A stretch of DNA of 63,183 nt, filler included, from Chiloscyllium plagiosum (GCF_004010195.1; 6 parts of 6 records of this genome joined end to end with filler, not necessarily neighbours in it); one strand, 5' to 3'. Positions 1 to 13,515 are shown, counted from the whole stretch's first letter. Program-made: numbers and translations. The notes: a model not told the origin generated them from the sequence alone.

Positions 1-888
1 GACCTTGAGGAGGGGGGGGTGATGCCCTCTGTGGGCGAATAGCTGGCCGGCTAGTCAACATGGGGAAGCAACATCAGGAATGGCAATTTGGATACAGCGG
101 ACGGGTTCAGAGGTCAAGGGGCGGGAAAGGGGAGGCTGGGTCAGTTGCTGAAGGGCTGGAAGCCTTGACAAGCCCGTTCCTGAAAAGGCCAGGCACTGAC
201 AGAAACCTCCTCTTCTCTTTCAGAATGAAGGCATTGTCCCTCAGCCTCTGGGTGGTAGGCCTCAGCACCGTATCAGGTTAGCTCTTCATAATGTTTCTCT
301 CTCTTTCCAAAGGTCAGCAAGCGACGGAGTGAGCTCAGGTCGAGGAGACTCCCTGTGGAGGGGCTGGGACTGTTCCCTCAGGGCCAGGAAGGTTCGGGGG
401 GGGAGACTGAATCAGGGCGTTCAGAGTCCCCAGGGTCTAGATCAAGTCGGTGGGGGAGAGGCTGTTCCCAGGAGCAGGAGGGTGCGTCCACAGAGGAAGA
501 CGGATTGGAGAGAATAGGGAAAAGGAGCAGAAGTTTTGAGGGGGGGGGGGGTGGTTGGGAGAGGGAGAGAGAGACGAGGCGTATTTGTGTTTTTCTTTGA
601 CCCAGCGAGTCTTGGGTGCACTGCCCGAAAGGGAGAAAGGTCAACAGGAATGTTCGAGAGGTGAATCCTGAAAGGTGACCCGATGGGGGAACGGGGCAGG
701 AGGGGGAGCCAAGGGGGGAGATATTTCAAAGAAGCAGAGCTGATCTGATGGGCCGAATGTCCTACTTCTGCTGCGTGTAACTCTGAAGATCCAAAACTTC
801 TAAAAGGCCCATCACCATTCTTAGTGTTCAAAGGCAAAAGATCAGGTGACCAGTTTCCAAATCGGTTCTCCAGAAACATAACATCTCC

Positions 889-3800
889 TGGACAATCAGA
901 GACTAATTGCAGTGGGACCCAGTCTGTGGACAGTCAGAGACTAATTGCAGTGGGACCCAGTCTGTGGACAGTCAGAGACTAATTGCAGTGGGACCCAGTC
1001 TGTGGACAGTCAGAGACTAATTGCAGTGGGACCCAGTCTGTGGACAGTCAGAGACTAATTGCAGTGGGACCCAGTCTGTGGACAGTCAGAGACTAATTGC
1101 AGTGGGACCCAGTCTGTGGACAGTCAGAGACTAATTGCAGTGGGACCCAGTCTGTGGACAGTCAGAGACTAATTGCAGTGGGACCCAGTCTGTGGACAGT
1201 CAGAGACTAATTGCAGTGGGACCCAGTCTGTGGACAGTCAGAGACTAATTGCAGTGGGACCCAGTCTGTGGACAGTCAGAGACTAATTGCAGTGGGACCC
1301 AGTCTGTGGACAGTCAGAGACTAATTGCAGTGGGACCCAGTCTGTGGACAGTCAGAGACTAATTGCAGTGGGACCCAGTCTGTGGACAGTCAGAGACTAA
1401 TTGCAGTGGGACCCAGTCTGTGGACAGTCAGAGACTAATTGCAGTGGGACCCAGTCTGTGGACAGTCAGAGACTAATTGAAGGGGGACCCAGTCTGTGGA
1501 CAGTCAGAGACTAATTGAAGGGGGACCCAGTCTGTGGACAGTCAGAGACTAATTGAAGGGGGACCCAGTCTGTGGACAGTCAGAGACTAATTGAAGGGGG
1601 ACCCAGTCTGTGGACAGTCAGAGACTAATTGAAGGGGGACCCAGTCTGTGGACAGTCAGAGACTAATTGAAGGGGGACCCAGTCTGTGGACAGTCAGAGA
1701 CTAATTGAAGGGGGACCCAGTCTGTGGACAGTCAGAGACTAATTGAAGGGGGACCCAGTCTGTGGACAGTCAGAGACTAATTGAAGGGGGACCCAGTCTG
1801 TGGACAGTCAGAGACTAATTGAAGGGGGACCCAGTCTGTGGACAGTCAGAGACTAATTGAAGGGGGACCCAGTCTGTGGACAGTCAGAGACTAATTGAAG
1901 GGGGACCCAGTCTGTGGACAGTCAGAGACTAATTGAAGGGGGACCCAGTCTGTGGACAGTCAGAGACTAATTGAAGGGGGACCCAGTCTGTGGACAGTCA
2001 GAGACTAATTGAAGGGGGACCCAGTCTGTGGACAGTCAGAGACTAATTGAAGGGGGACCCAGTCTGTGGACAGTCAGAGACTAATTGCAGTGGGACCCAG
2101 TCTGTGGACAGTCAGAGACTAATTGAAGGGGGACCCAGTCTGTGGACAGTCAGAGACTAATTGAAGGGGGACCCAGTCTGTGGACAGTCAGAGACTAATT
2201 GAAGGGGGACCCAGTCTGTGGACAGTCAGAGACTAATTGAAGGGGGACCCAGTCTGTGGACAGTCAGAGACTAATTGAAGGGGGACCCAGTCTGTGGACA
2301 GTCAGAGACTAATTGAAGGGGGACCCAGTCTGTGGACAGTCAGAGACTAATTGAAGGGGGACCCAGTCTGTGGACAGTCAGAGACTAATTGAAGGGGGAC
2401 CCAGTCTGTGGACAGTCAGAGACTAATTGAAGGGGGACCCAGTCTGTGGACAGTCAGAGACTAATTGAAGGGGGACCCAGTCTGTGGACAGTCAGAGACT
2501 AATTGAAGGGGGACCCAGTCTGTGGACAGTCAGAGACTAATTGAAGGGGGACCCAGTCTGTGGACAGTCAGAGACTAATTGAAGGGGGACCCAGTCTGTG
2601 GACAGTCAGAGACTAATTGAAGGGGGACCCAGTCTGTGGACAGTCAGAGACTAATTGAAGGGGGACCCAGTCTGTGGACAGTCAGAGACTAATTGAAGGG
2701 GGACCCAGTCTGTGGACAGTCAGAGACTAATTGCAGTGGGACCCAGTCTGTGGACAGTCAGAGACTAATTGAAGGGGGACCCAGTCTGTGGACAGTCAGA
2801 GACTAATTGAAGGGGGACCCAGTCTGTGGACAGTCAGAGACTAATTGAAGGGGGACCCAGTCTGTGGACAGTCAGAGACTAATTGAAGGGGGACCCAGTC
2901 TGTGGACAGTCAGAGACTAATTGAAGGGGGACCCAGTCTGTGGACAGTCAGAGACTAATTGAAGGGGGACCCAGTCTGTGGACAGTCAGAGACTAATTGA
3001 AGGGGGACCCAGTCTGTGGACAGTCAGAGACTAATTGAAGGGGGACCCAGTCTGTGGACAGTCAGAGACTAATTGAAGGGGGACCCAGTCTGTGGACAGT
3101 CAGAGACTAATTGAAGGGGGACCCAGTCTGTGGACAGTCAGAGACTAATTGAAGGGGGACCCAGTCTGTGGACAGTCAGAGACTAATTGAAGGGGGACCC
3201 AGTCTGTGGACAGTCAGAGACTAATTGAAGGGGGACCCAGTCTGTGGACAGTCAGAGACTAATTGAAGGGGGACCCAGTCTGTGGACAGTCAGAGACTAA
3301 TTGAAGGGGGACCCAGTCTGTGGACAGTCAGAGACTAATTGAAGGGGGACCCAGTCTGTGGACAGTCAGAGACTAATTGCAGTGGGACCCAGTCTGTGGA
3401 CAGTCAGAGACTAATTGAAGGGGGACCCAGTCTGTGGACAGTCAGAGACTAATTGAAGGGGGACCCAGTCTGTGGACAGTCAGAGACTAATTGAAGGGGG
3501 ACCCAGTCTGTGGACAGTCAGAGACTAATTGAAGGGGGACCCAGTCTGTGGACAGTCAGAGACTAATTGAAGGGGGACCCAGTCTGTGGACAGTCAGAGA
3601 CTAATTGAAGGGGGACCCAGTCTGTGGACAGTCAGAGACTAATTGAAGGGGGACCCAGTCTGTGGACAGTCAGAGACTAATTGAAGGGGGACCCAGTCTG
3701 TGGACAGTCAGAGACTAATTGAAGGGGGACCCAGTCTGTGGACAGTCAGAGACTAATTGAAGGGGGACCCAGTCTGTGGACAGTCAGAGACTAATTGAAG

Positions 3801-5047
3801 GGGGACCCAGTCTGTGGACAGTCAGAGACTAATTGAAGGGGGACCCAGTCTGTGGACAGTCAGAGACTAATTGAAGGGGGACCCAGTCTGTGGACAGTCA
3901 GAGACTAATTGAAGGGGGACCCAGTCTGTGGACAGTCAGAGACTAATTGAAGGGGGACCCAGTCTGTGGACAGTCAGAGACTAATTGAAGGGGGACCCAG
4001 TCTGTGGACAGTCAGAGACTAATTGCAGTGGGACCCAGTCTGTGGACAGTCAGAGACTAATTGAAGGGGGACCCAGTCTGTGGACAGTCAGAGACTAATT
4101 GAAGGGGGACCCAGTCTGTGGACAGTCAGAGACTAATTGAAGGGGGACCCAGTCTGTGGACAGTCAGAGACTAATTGAAGGGGGACCCAGTCTGTGGACA
4201 GTCAGAGACTAATTGAAGGGGGACCCAGTCTGTGGACAGTCAGAGACTAATTGAAGGGGGACCCAGTCTGTGGACAGTCAGAGACTAATTGAAGGGGGAC
4301 CCAGTCTGTGGACAGTCAGAGACTAATTGAAGGGGGACCCAGTCTGTGGACAGTCAGAGACTAATTGAAGGGGGACCCAGTCTGTGGACAGTCAGAGACT
4401 AATTGAAGGGGGACCCAGTCTGTGGACAGTCAGAGACTAATTGAAGGGGGACCCAGTCTGTGGACAGTCAGAGACTAATTGAAGGGGGACCCAGTCTGTG
4501 GACAGTCAGAGACTAATTGAAGGGGGACCCAGTCTGTGGACAGTCAGAGACTAATTGAAGGGGGACCCAGTCTGTGGACAGTCAGAGACTAATTGAAGGG
4601 GGACCCAGTCTGTGGACAGTCAGAGACTAATTGAAGGGGGACCCAGTCTGTGGACAGTCAGAGACTAATTGCAGTGGGACCCAGTCTGTGGACAGTCAGA
4701 GACTAATTGAAGGGGGACCCAGTCTGTGGACAGTCAGAGACTAATTGAAGGGGGACCCAGTCTGTGGACAGTCAGAGACTAATTGAAGGGGGACCCAGTC
4801 TGTGGACAGTCAGAGACTAATTGAAGGGGGACCCAGTCTGTGGACAGTCAGAGACTAATTGAAGGGGGACCCAGTCTGTGGACAGTCAGAGACTAATTGA
4901 AGGGGGACCCAGTCTGTGGACAGTCAGAGACTAATTGAAGGGGGACCCAGTCTGTGGACAGTCAGAGACTAATTGAAGGGGGACCCAGTCTGTGGACAGT
5001 CAGAGACTAATTGAAGGGGGACCCAGTCTGTGGACAGTCAGAGACTA
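889..5047. repeat. 38-bp tandem minisatellite, ~109 copies (GACTAATTG[CAGT/AAGG]GGGACCCAGTCTGTGGACAGTCAGA)
   Basis: Unit recurs every 38 bp (901 and 2041 are in register, 30 units apart). Two variants, GCAGTG and GAAGGG. No unique spacers. Confidence 0.98.
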
Positions 5048-5965
5048 GGGATATCTGGTTGGCATGGACGGGTTGGACCGAAAGGTCTGCTTCCATGCTG
5101 TACATCTCTATGCTATGACAGGAGGCAGAGTGGAAAAGGAGTGGGTGTTTACGGTGGAGCCCAGAGAGAGAGAGTTAGGAAGACAGAGGAGCCGGGAATG
5201 AGAAGCCCTGCTAATGTGGGAATGGGTCAGTTGGAATCCTACAGGAATCTGAAGGCAGAGAAATTGGCTCTGGAACCCCCTGGTGAAGAGGCAAGCAACC
5301 GGAAGCTTAATGACTCAATCTCCATCTCACTCCTTTTGTCTGCCTTGGGATAAATCCCGCCATTTTCCGGGCTACTGTCCATCCTGAGGAAGGCTCACGG
5401 GACCTGAAACATCTCTCTCTCTGCCAATGTTGCTGAGTTTCTCCAGCAATTTCAATCTCTGGTTCGGATCTTCACCAGTCTCTGTCTCAATTGGGGTGAG
5501 ATCAGGATTGGGACAAGCTGCGATACCTCAGCATCTCGTAAACATTCTGTGCTTTGCTCTCCTGTTTACATTCACTGTTGACATATTGACCGGGGAACAG
5601 GATGACTCTCATGAGCTTTGGAACTCAGCCCCGAGTTAATTGTTGCTTGAGAATATTTTGGTTGGGAACACCACGAGTTCTGAAGAATATTTTGTACAGT
5701 CCTGGGGAGTACTCAGAAGTTGGGTCCAGAAAAAGTTGACTTCTATTGGTAGAAAGCAGGAAGTCGGTTTTGGTTCAGAAATAACGCTGAGTTGCCAATG
5801 CACAGCTGAGGATTTCCACCATGCGCCAATCAGGACAGATTGCAAGAAATCAAAACTTCAAACAATCGAAGCAATAGGTTGGTGGCCATCTTAGCGCAGT
5901 AGGCAGCGAGTCAGTCTCATACTCTGAAGGTCCTGAGCTCAATCCTCAGAGAAGGCAGGTTTCTG

Positions 5966-6370
5966 GGGTGGCATGGTGGCTCAGTGGTTAACACTGCTGC
6001 CTCACAGCACCAGGGTCCCAGGTTCGATCCCAGCCTCGGGCGACTGACTGTGTGGAGTTTGCACATTCTCCCCGTGCCTGCTTGGGTTTCCTCCGGGTGC
6101 TCCGGTTTCCTCCCACAGTCCAAAGATCAAGGTCAAGGTAGATTGGCCAGGGGAAATTGTCCCATAGTGCCCAGGGATGTGCAGGTTAGGGTGGATTGGC
6201 CATGCTAAATTGTCCCATAGTGCCCAGGGATGTGCAGGTTAGGGTGGATTAGTCAGGTGATAAATGTAGAGTAATAGAGTAGGGGAATGGGTCTGGATGG
6301 GATACTGTTCGGAGGGTCAATATGGAATTGTTGGGCCAAAGGGCCTGTTTCCACACTGTAGGAGTCTATG
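5966..6370 (+). mobile_element. HE1-like tRNA-derived V-SINE with internal 53-bp duplication
   Basis: tRNA-like head GGTGGCTCAGTGGTTAACACTGCTGCCTCACAGC, V-domain GTGTGGAGTTTGCACATTCTCCCCGTG, CR1-like 3' end GGGCCTGTTTCCACACTGTA. Confidence 0.9.
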
Positions 6371-6729
6371 AACGCGGCTCAACTTGGCACCCAATCAGGA
6401 GAGTAACAACCCCTTCATGCAAGTTGTCATGAAATTTGGCACTCTTGCAAGTGTCCTGATGGAGACCAGATGTCTGTCTCTTCCCAATCGCATGATACGA
6501 CGCCAAGCTTTCTGTAACAAAGACTTGGCGCTGCAGATCAGCAGAGCTGCCATAAAAATGACCATGTTGAGGGATTGCGGAAGGAGGAGGGGGAGGTTAC
6601 ACTGAGCGATGGCTGTCAGTGACTAACTCCAGGCTGGCCGAATGACCCCATCTCTGGGAGGGGGTGGGGGATGGAGGAACACCTCAGGCTAATCCTGCCA
6701 ATAGGAACAAAGAACATTCTAGACCACTT

Positions 6730-7042
6730 GGGTGGCACAGTGGCACAGTGGTTAGCACTGCTGCCTCACAGCGCCAGAGACCCGGGTTCGATTCCCACCT
6801 CAGGCGACTGACTGTGTGGAGTTTGCACATTCTCCCTGTGTCTGCGTGGGTTTCCTCTGGATGCTCCGGTTTCTCCCCACAGTCCAAAAATGTGCAGGTC
6901 AGGGTGGATTGGCCATGCCAAATTGCCCGTAGTGTTAGGTGAAGGGGTAAGTTTAGGGGAATGGGTCTGGGTGGGTTGCTCTTCGGAGGGTCGGTGTGTT
7001 GGGCCGAAGGGCCTGTTTCCACACTGTAAATAATCTAATCTA
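6730..7042 (+). mobile_element. HE1-like V-SINE, full length
   Basis: Same head and V-domain, with (AATCT)n tail. Confidence 0.92.
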
Positions 7043-7044
7043 GA

Positions 7045-9085
7045 CCAGGAACAGGCCCCTCCAACCCTGTGCTGATCCAGATCCTCTATCTAGACCTGCT
7101 GTCTATTTTCTAAGGATCTGTCTCCCTCTGTTCCCTGCCCATTCATGTATCTGTCTGGATACATCTTAGATGATGCTATTGTGTCCATTTCTACCACTTC
7201 CCCTGGCATCGCGTTCCAGGCACCCACCCCCCTCTGTATGAACAACTTCCCACACACATCTGCCTTAAACCTTTCCCCTCTCACCTTGAACTCGTGACCC
7301 CTAGTAACTGAGCTCCCCCACTCTGGGGAAAAGCTTCTTGCTACCCACCCTGTCTATCCCTCTCATGATTTTGCAGGCCTCAGTCAGGTCCCTCCCCTCA
7401 ACCTCCATCTTTCTAACGAAAATAATCCGAATGTCCTCAACCTCTCCCCATAGCCAGCACCCTCCATCCCAGGCAACATCCTGGTGAACCTCCTCTGCAC
7501 CCTCTCCAAAGCATCCACATCCTTTTGGTAATGTGGCGACCAGAACTGTACGTAGTATTCCAAATGTGGCCCAACCAAAGTCCGATACACCTGTAAACAT
7601 GACCCGCCAACTCTACTGTACTCAATACCCCGTCCGATGAAGGAAAGCGTGCCGTATGCCTTCTTGACCACTCTACCTACCCACGATGCCACCTTCGGGG
7701 AACAATGGACCTGAACACCCAGGTCTCGCTGTACGTCAATTTTCCCTGGGACTTTTCCATGTAAAGTATAGTTCGCTCAGGAATTGCACCTTCCAAAATG
7801 CATCACCTCGCATTTGCCCGGATTGAACTCCATCTACCATTTCTCTGCCCAACTTTCCAGTCTATCTATATTCTGCTGTATTCTCTGGCAGTCCCCTTCA
7901 CTGTCTGCTACTCCACCAATCTTAGTGTCAACTGCAAACTTGCTAATGAGGCAACAGACACCTTCCTCCAAGCCATGTATGTATATTACAAACAACAGTG
8001 GTCCCAGCACGGATCCCTGTGGAACATCACTAGTCACAGGTCTCTATTTTGAGAAGCTCTCTTCCAATACTACTCTGTCTCCTGTTACCCAGCCAGTTCT
8101 CTATCCACCTAGTTAGTACACCCTGGACCCCATGCGACTTCGCCTTCTCCATCAGCCTACCATGGGGAACCTTATCAAACATCTTACCAAAGCCCATGTA
8201 TATGACATCTACAGCCCTCCCCTCATCAATCAACATTGTCACCACTTCAAAGAATTCCATTCGGTTTGTAAGACATGACCGTCCCTGTGCAAAGCCATGT
8301 TTCCTATTACTGATAAGCCCATTTTCTTCCAAATGAGTATATATCCTATCCCTTAGTATCTTCTCTACCACCTACATCATGCTCACCGGTCGGTAATTAC
8401 CTGGATTATCCCTGCTCCCCTGCTGAAACAAGGGGACAGCATTAGCAATTCTCCAGTCCATCAGGACCTCCCCCTTGCTGCAAAGATATCTGTTAAAGCC
8501 CCAGCTATTTCCTCTCCCTCCTCCCTCAGCAACCTGGGGTAGATCCCATCTGAACCTGGGGACTTGCCCAACTTAATGCCTCTCAGAATACCCAACACTT
8601 CTTCCCTCCTTATGGTGAATTGACCGAGAGTAATCAAAGATCTAATCCTAACCTCAACGTCCGTCATGTCCCGGTCCTCAGTGAATAACGATGCAAGGTA
8701 CTCATTAGGAATCTCTCCCATTTTCTCTGACTTCACGCATAATTTCCTCCTTTGTCCTTGAGAGGACCAATCCTTTCCCTCATTACTATCTCGCTCCTTA
8801 TATACAAAATAAAAAGCTTTGGGATTTTCCTCAGCCCTGCTTGCTAAGGATGTCTCGTGACCCCTCTTAACCCTCTTAGTTCCTCGTTTCAGATTGGTCC
8901 TACATTCCCGATACTCTTCCAAAGATTTGTCTGTCTGCAATCACCTAGACCTTATGTACGCATCCTTTTTCATCTTAGCTAGTCTCACCTGTCATCCATG
9001 GTTCCCTAATCTTGCCACTTCTCTCCCTCATTTTCACAGGACCATATCTCTCCTGAGCTCTAATCAACCTCTCTAGAAAAGCCTC
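7045..9085 (-). mobile_element. CR1-clade LINE, 5'-truncated, decayed RT ORF2
   Basis: Minus-strand ORF remnants with CR1 RT motifs: HGF..GRSCLTN, FDKVPH, VPQGSVLGPLLF, FAVDTK, LEY.VQFWSP, LERVQRRFTRM. Confidence 0.93.
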
Positions 9086-9348
9086 CCGCGTATCGAATGT
9101 GGATTTCCCTACAAACAGGAAGGGGATGTAAATCCACTTCTCTGGAATTACGGGAAACTGGGAGGGCAAGCACAAGGTTACCAAAGTGTTCAGGAGAAAT
9201 CCCTCCCAACCTGCCTCATCAGTCTCTGTCCGGAAGGGAAATCTGCTGTGCTTACTCGTGACTCCAGGTCACCCGAGTGACGTCAATTCTTAGACTGGTG
9301 ACAGTGTGGAGGGAGTTTTCCCAGCCTGCTGCAGTGCAATGGCTGAAA

Positions 9349-9604
9349 CTTTACTCTATATCTAACCCCGTGCTGTCCCTGTCCTGGGAGGGTTTGATGG
9401 GGGACAGTGTAGAGGAAGCTTTACTCTGTATCTAACCCCGTGCTGTCCCTGTCCTGGGAGGGTTTGATGGGGGGGACAGTGTAGAAGGAACTTTACTCTG
9501 TATCTAACCCCGTGCTGTCCCTGTCCTGGGAGGGTTTGATGGGGGGGACAGTGTAGAAGGAGCTTTACTCTGTATCTAACCCCGTGCTGTCCCAGTCCTG
9601 GGAG
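9349..9604. repeat. ~70-bp tandem repeat (CTTTACTCTGTATCTAACCCCGTGCTGTCCCTGTCCTGGGAGGGTTTGATGGGGGACAGTGTAGAGGAAG), ~3.6 copies
   Basis: Direct repeats read from the sequence. Confidence 0.9.
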
Positions 9605-10090
9605 TCATAGAGACGTACAGCACGGAAACAGACCCTTCAGTCCAACCCGTCCATGCCGACCAGATGTCCCACCTGCCAGCACCCGGCCCATATCCCTCCA
9701 AACCCTTCCTATTCGTATACCCATCCAGATGCCTTTTAAATGCTGTCATTGTACCAGCCTCCACCACATCCTCTGGCAGCTCATTTCACGTACCACCCTC
9801 TGTGTGAAAAAGCTGTCCCTTAGGTCTCTTTTATATCTTTCCCCCCTCACCCTAAACCTATATCCTCTAGTTCTGGACTCCCCCACCCCAGGGAAAAGAC
9901 TTTGCCTATTTACCTTATCCATGCCTGTCATGATTTTATAAACCTCTATAAGGTCACCCCTCAGCCTCCGACGCTCCAGGGAAAACAGCCCCAGCCTGTT
10001 CAGCCTCCCCCTGTAGCTCAGATCCTCCAACCCTGGCAACATCCTTGTAAATCGTTTCTGAACCCTTTCAGGTTTCACAACATCCATTTG
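9604..10090 (-). mobile_element. CR1 LINE 3' fragment
   Basis: ERVQKRFTRMLPGLEDLSY..LGLFSLERRRLRGDLIEVYKIM and FKRHLD motifs. Confidence 0.92.
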
Positions 10091-10566
10091 ATCCCAGAGC
10101 ATTCACATGATTTTATAAACCTCCAACCTACCATCATTAGCAACAAATGAACTGAGGACATCCTGAAGGCACTAGGATCAGTCTCAAGTCAGTGGTGGGT
10201 AGGGTAGGGTGGGGTGGGGGGGGGTGAAGATTCATCAAAGCGATAGGTACAAGATCAGTGAAGAAATTGGCAGATTGCCTGTAACATGGGCACAGGAGGA
10301 GGCCATTCAATCCGTCGAGCCCGTTCCATCCTTCAGTAAGAACACCCATGGCCTAATTCCACACCCCTGGGCCCATATCCCTTCAGATCATGGGTTAACA
10401 AAAGAAATACACCTCTCGGATTCCAGCTGAACACCTGATCCACTGCCATGTGTCGAAGGGCTTCCACACTCCTCTTCTGAAAGCTCTGGCCATCATTCTC
10501 AGACTCAAACCCAACTGGGTTTTATTACCTACCCAGGAAGCATTGAGAGGCAGTGAGCATAAAATA

Positions 10567-11175
10567 CCCAGGGATGTACAGGTTAGGGTGGATTGGCCAT
10601 GCTAAATTGTCCCATAGTGCCCAGGGATGTGTAGGTTAGGGTGGATTGGCCATGGGAAATTGTCCCATAGTGCCCAGGGATGTGTAGGTTAGGGTGGATT
10701 GGCCATGCTAAATTGTCCCATAGTGCCCAGGGATGTGCAGGTTAGGGTGGATTGGCCATGCTAAATTGTCCCATAGAGCCTGGGGATCCACCCTAACCTG
10801 CACATCCCTGGACACTGTGGGACAATTTAGCATGGCCAATCCATCCTAACCTACACATCCTGAACACTATGGGACAATTTAGCATGCCCTATCCACCCCA
10901 ACCTACACACCCCTGGACACTATGGGACAATTTAGCATGGCCAATCCACCCTAACCTGCACATCCCTGGGCACTATGGGACAATTTAGCATGGCCAATCC
11001 ACCCTAACCTGCACATCCCTGGGCCTATGCGACAATTTAGCATGGCCAATCCACCCTAACCTACACACCCCTGGGCACTATGGGACAATTTAGCATGGCC
11101 AATCCACCCTAACCTGCACATCCCTGGGCACTATGGGACAACGTAGCATGGCCAATCCACCCTGACCTACACATT
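10567..11175. repeat. 53-bp SINE-derived tandem arrays in inverted orientation (inversion point ~10786)
   Basis: Unit CCCAGGGATGTGCAGGTTAGGGTGGATTGGCCATGCTAAATTGTCCCATAGTG on + to ~10786, then its reverse complement. Confidence 0.93.
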
Positions 11176-11176
11176 G

Positions 11177-11760
11177 AGTCATAGTGACGTACAGCACTGA
11201 AACAGACCCTTCGGTCCAACCCGTCCATGCCGACCCAGATATCCCAACCCAACCTAGTCCCACCTGCCAGCACCCGGCCCATATCCCTCCAAACCCTTCC
11301 TATTCATATACCCATCCAAATGCCTCTTAAATGTTGCAATTGTACCAGCCTCCACCACATCCTCTGGCAGCTCATTCCATACACGTACCACCCTCTGTGT
11401 GAAAAAGTTGCCCCTTAGGTCTCTTTTATATCTTTCCCCTCTCACCCTAAACCTATGCCTCTAGTTCTGGACTCCCCGACCCCAGGGAAAAGACTTTGTC
11501 TATTTACACTATCCGTGCCCCTCATAATTTTAACCACTATTAGATCACCCCTCAGCCTCCGACGCTCCGGGGAAAACAGCCCCAGCCTGTTCAGCCTCTC
11601 CCTGTAGCTCAAATCTTCCAACCCTAGCAATATCCTTGTAAATCTCTTCTGAACCCTTTCAAGTTTCACAACATCTTTCCGATAGGAAGACCAGAAGTGC
11701 ACGCAATATTCCAATAGTGGCCTAACCAATGTCCTGTACAGCTGCAACATGACCTCCCAC
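11177..11760 (-). mobile_element. CR1 LINE 3' fragment inserted in the 53-bp array
   Basis: LYRTLVRPLLEYCVHFW, ERVQKRFTR and FFTQRVVRVWNELP motifs; the array resumes on both sides. Confidence 0.92.
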
Positions 11761-12650
11761 ATCCCTGGGCACTATGGGGTAATTTAGCATGGCGAATCCA
11801 CCCTAACCTGCACATCCCTGGGCACGATGGGACAACTTAGCATGGCCAATCCACCCTAACCTACACACCCCTGGGCACTATGGGAGAATTTAGCATGCCC
11901 TATCCACCCTAACCTACACACCCCTGGGCACTATGGGACAATTTAGCATGGCCAATCCACCCTAATCTGCACATCCCAGGACAACATGGGACAATTTAGC
12001 ATGCCCTATCCACCCTAACCTACACACCCCTGGGCACTATGGGACAATTTAGCATTCCCTATCCACCCTAACCTACACACCCCTGGGCACTATGGGACAA
12101 TTTAGCATGGTCAATCCACCCTAACCTGCACATCCCTGGACACTATGGGACAATTTAGCATGGTCAATCCACCCTAACCTGCACATCCCTGGACACTATG
12201 GTACAATTTAGCGTGGTCAATCCACCCTAACCTGCACATCCCTGGGCACTATGGTACAATTTAGCATGGACAATCCACCCTAACCTGCACATCCCTGGGC
12301 ACTATGGGACAATTTAGCATGGCCAATCCACCCTAACCTGCACATCCCTGGGCACTGTGGGACAATTTAGCATGGCCAATCCACCTTAACCTGCACATCC
12401 CTGGGCACTATGGTACAATTTAGCGTGGTCAATCCACCCTAACCTGCACATCCCTGGGCACTATGGGACAATTTAGCATGGCCAATCCACCCTAACCTGC
12501 TCATCTTTGGGCTGAGAGAGGGAGCAGGAGCAAACCCATACAGACACGGGGGAGAATGTGCAAACTTTCCACAGACAGTCGCCTGATGCTGGAATCGAAC
12601 CTGGGACCCTGGCGCCAGGAGGCAGCAGTGCTAACCACTGAGCTACCCCA
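11758..12650 (-). repeat. HE1-like SINE whose 53-bp internal segment is expanded into a tandem array
   Basis: About 14 copies of the 53-bp unit (11758-12500) run directly into the SINE V-domain and head (12500-12650). Confidence 0.9.
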
Positions 12651-12715
12651 GCTTTTCTACTGAAAGAAAGTACATCCAACTATCAGAAAGTGCCATAGAC
12701 CTAGCCCCAGAAGAT

Positions 12716-13515
12716 TTGTCAGGAGTTCAGAAGAGATTTCCCAGGATGATGCCGGGTACGGAGGGTTTGAGTTATAAGGAGAGGCTGGGACCTGTTTCAC
12801 TGGAGCGTAGGAGGTTGAGAGGTGACCTGATGGAGGAGGTTAATGAAATCATGAGGGTTATGGATAGAGTTGATAGTAGGAATCTTTTCCCGAGGGTGGG
12901 GGCAGTTCAAGAGTAGGCTGCATATTAGTGGGCGGCACGGTGGCACAGTGGTTAGCACTGCTGCCTCACAGCGCCAGAGACCCGGGTTCAATTCCCACCT
13001 CAGGCGACTGACTGTGTGGAGTTTGCGCATTCTCCCCGTGTCTGCGTGGGTTTCCTCCGGGTGCTCCGGTTTCCTCCCACAGTCCAAAGATGTGCAGGTC
13101 AGGTGAATTGGCCATGCTAAATTGCCCGTAGTGTTAGGTAAGGGGTAAATGTAGGGGTATGGGTGGGTTGCGCTTCGGCGGGTCGGTGTGGATTTTTTGG
13201 GCCGAAGGGCCTGTTTCCACACTGTAATCAAATCTAATCTAATCTAATCTAATTTATAAGGTGAAAGGAGAGAGATTTCAAAAAGACGTGAGTGGCAAGT
13301 TTTTTTTCCCCAGTGTGTGGTTCGTGTGAGGAATGAGCTTCCTGAGGAAGTGGGGGGTGTGGGGACAGTGACAACATTTAAAAGACATTTGGATAAGGAC
13401 ATGAGCAGGAAAGGGTTGGAAGGGGGATGGGCCAGGAGCAGGCAGGTGGGACTGGCTTAGTTCAGGGATTATGGACTGGTTGGGCCGAAGGGCCTGTTGT
13501 CGTGTTGTGGGACCA
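12716..13515 (+). mobile_element. CR1 LINE 3' fragment interrupted by a SINE
   Basis: VQKRFPRMMPG..LSYKERL..LERRRLRGDL; resumes after 13252 with the CR1 3' end. Confidence 0.85.
12930..13252 (+). mobile_element. HE1-like V-SINE, young, nested in CR1
   Basis: Nearly identical to other full-length copies; (AATCT)n tail. Confidence 0.93.

Noticed and set aside
1-880. Overlapping ORFs in purine-rich sequence
   Set aside because: Low complexity with no recognisable domain; possibly a retroelement fragment but I cannot support a call.
889-5047. CRISPR-like array
   Set aside because: Units are contiguous with no unique spacers, there are no cas genes, and the context is a vertebrate genome.
5966-6050. 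tRNA gene
   Set aside because: The tRNA-like A/B boxes are the head of a SINE repeated many times in the window.
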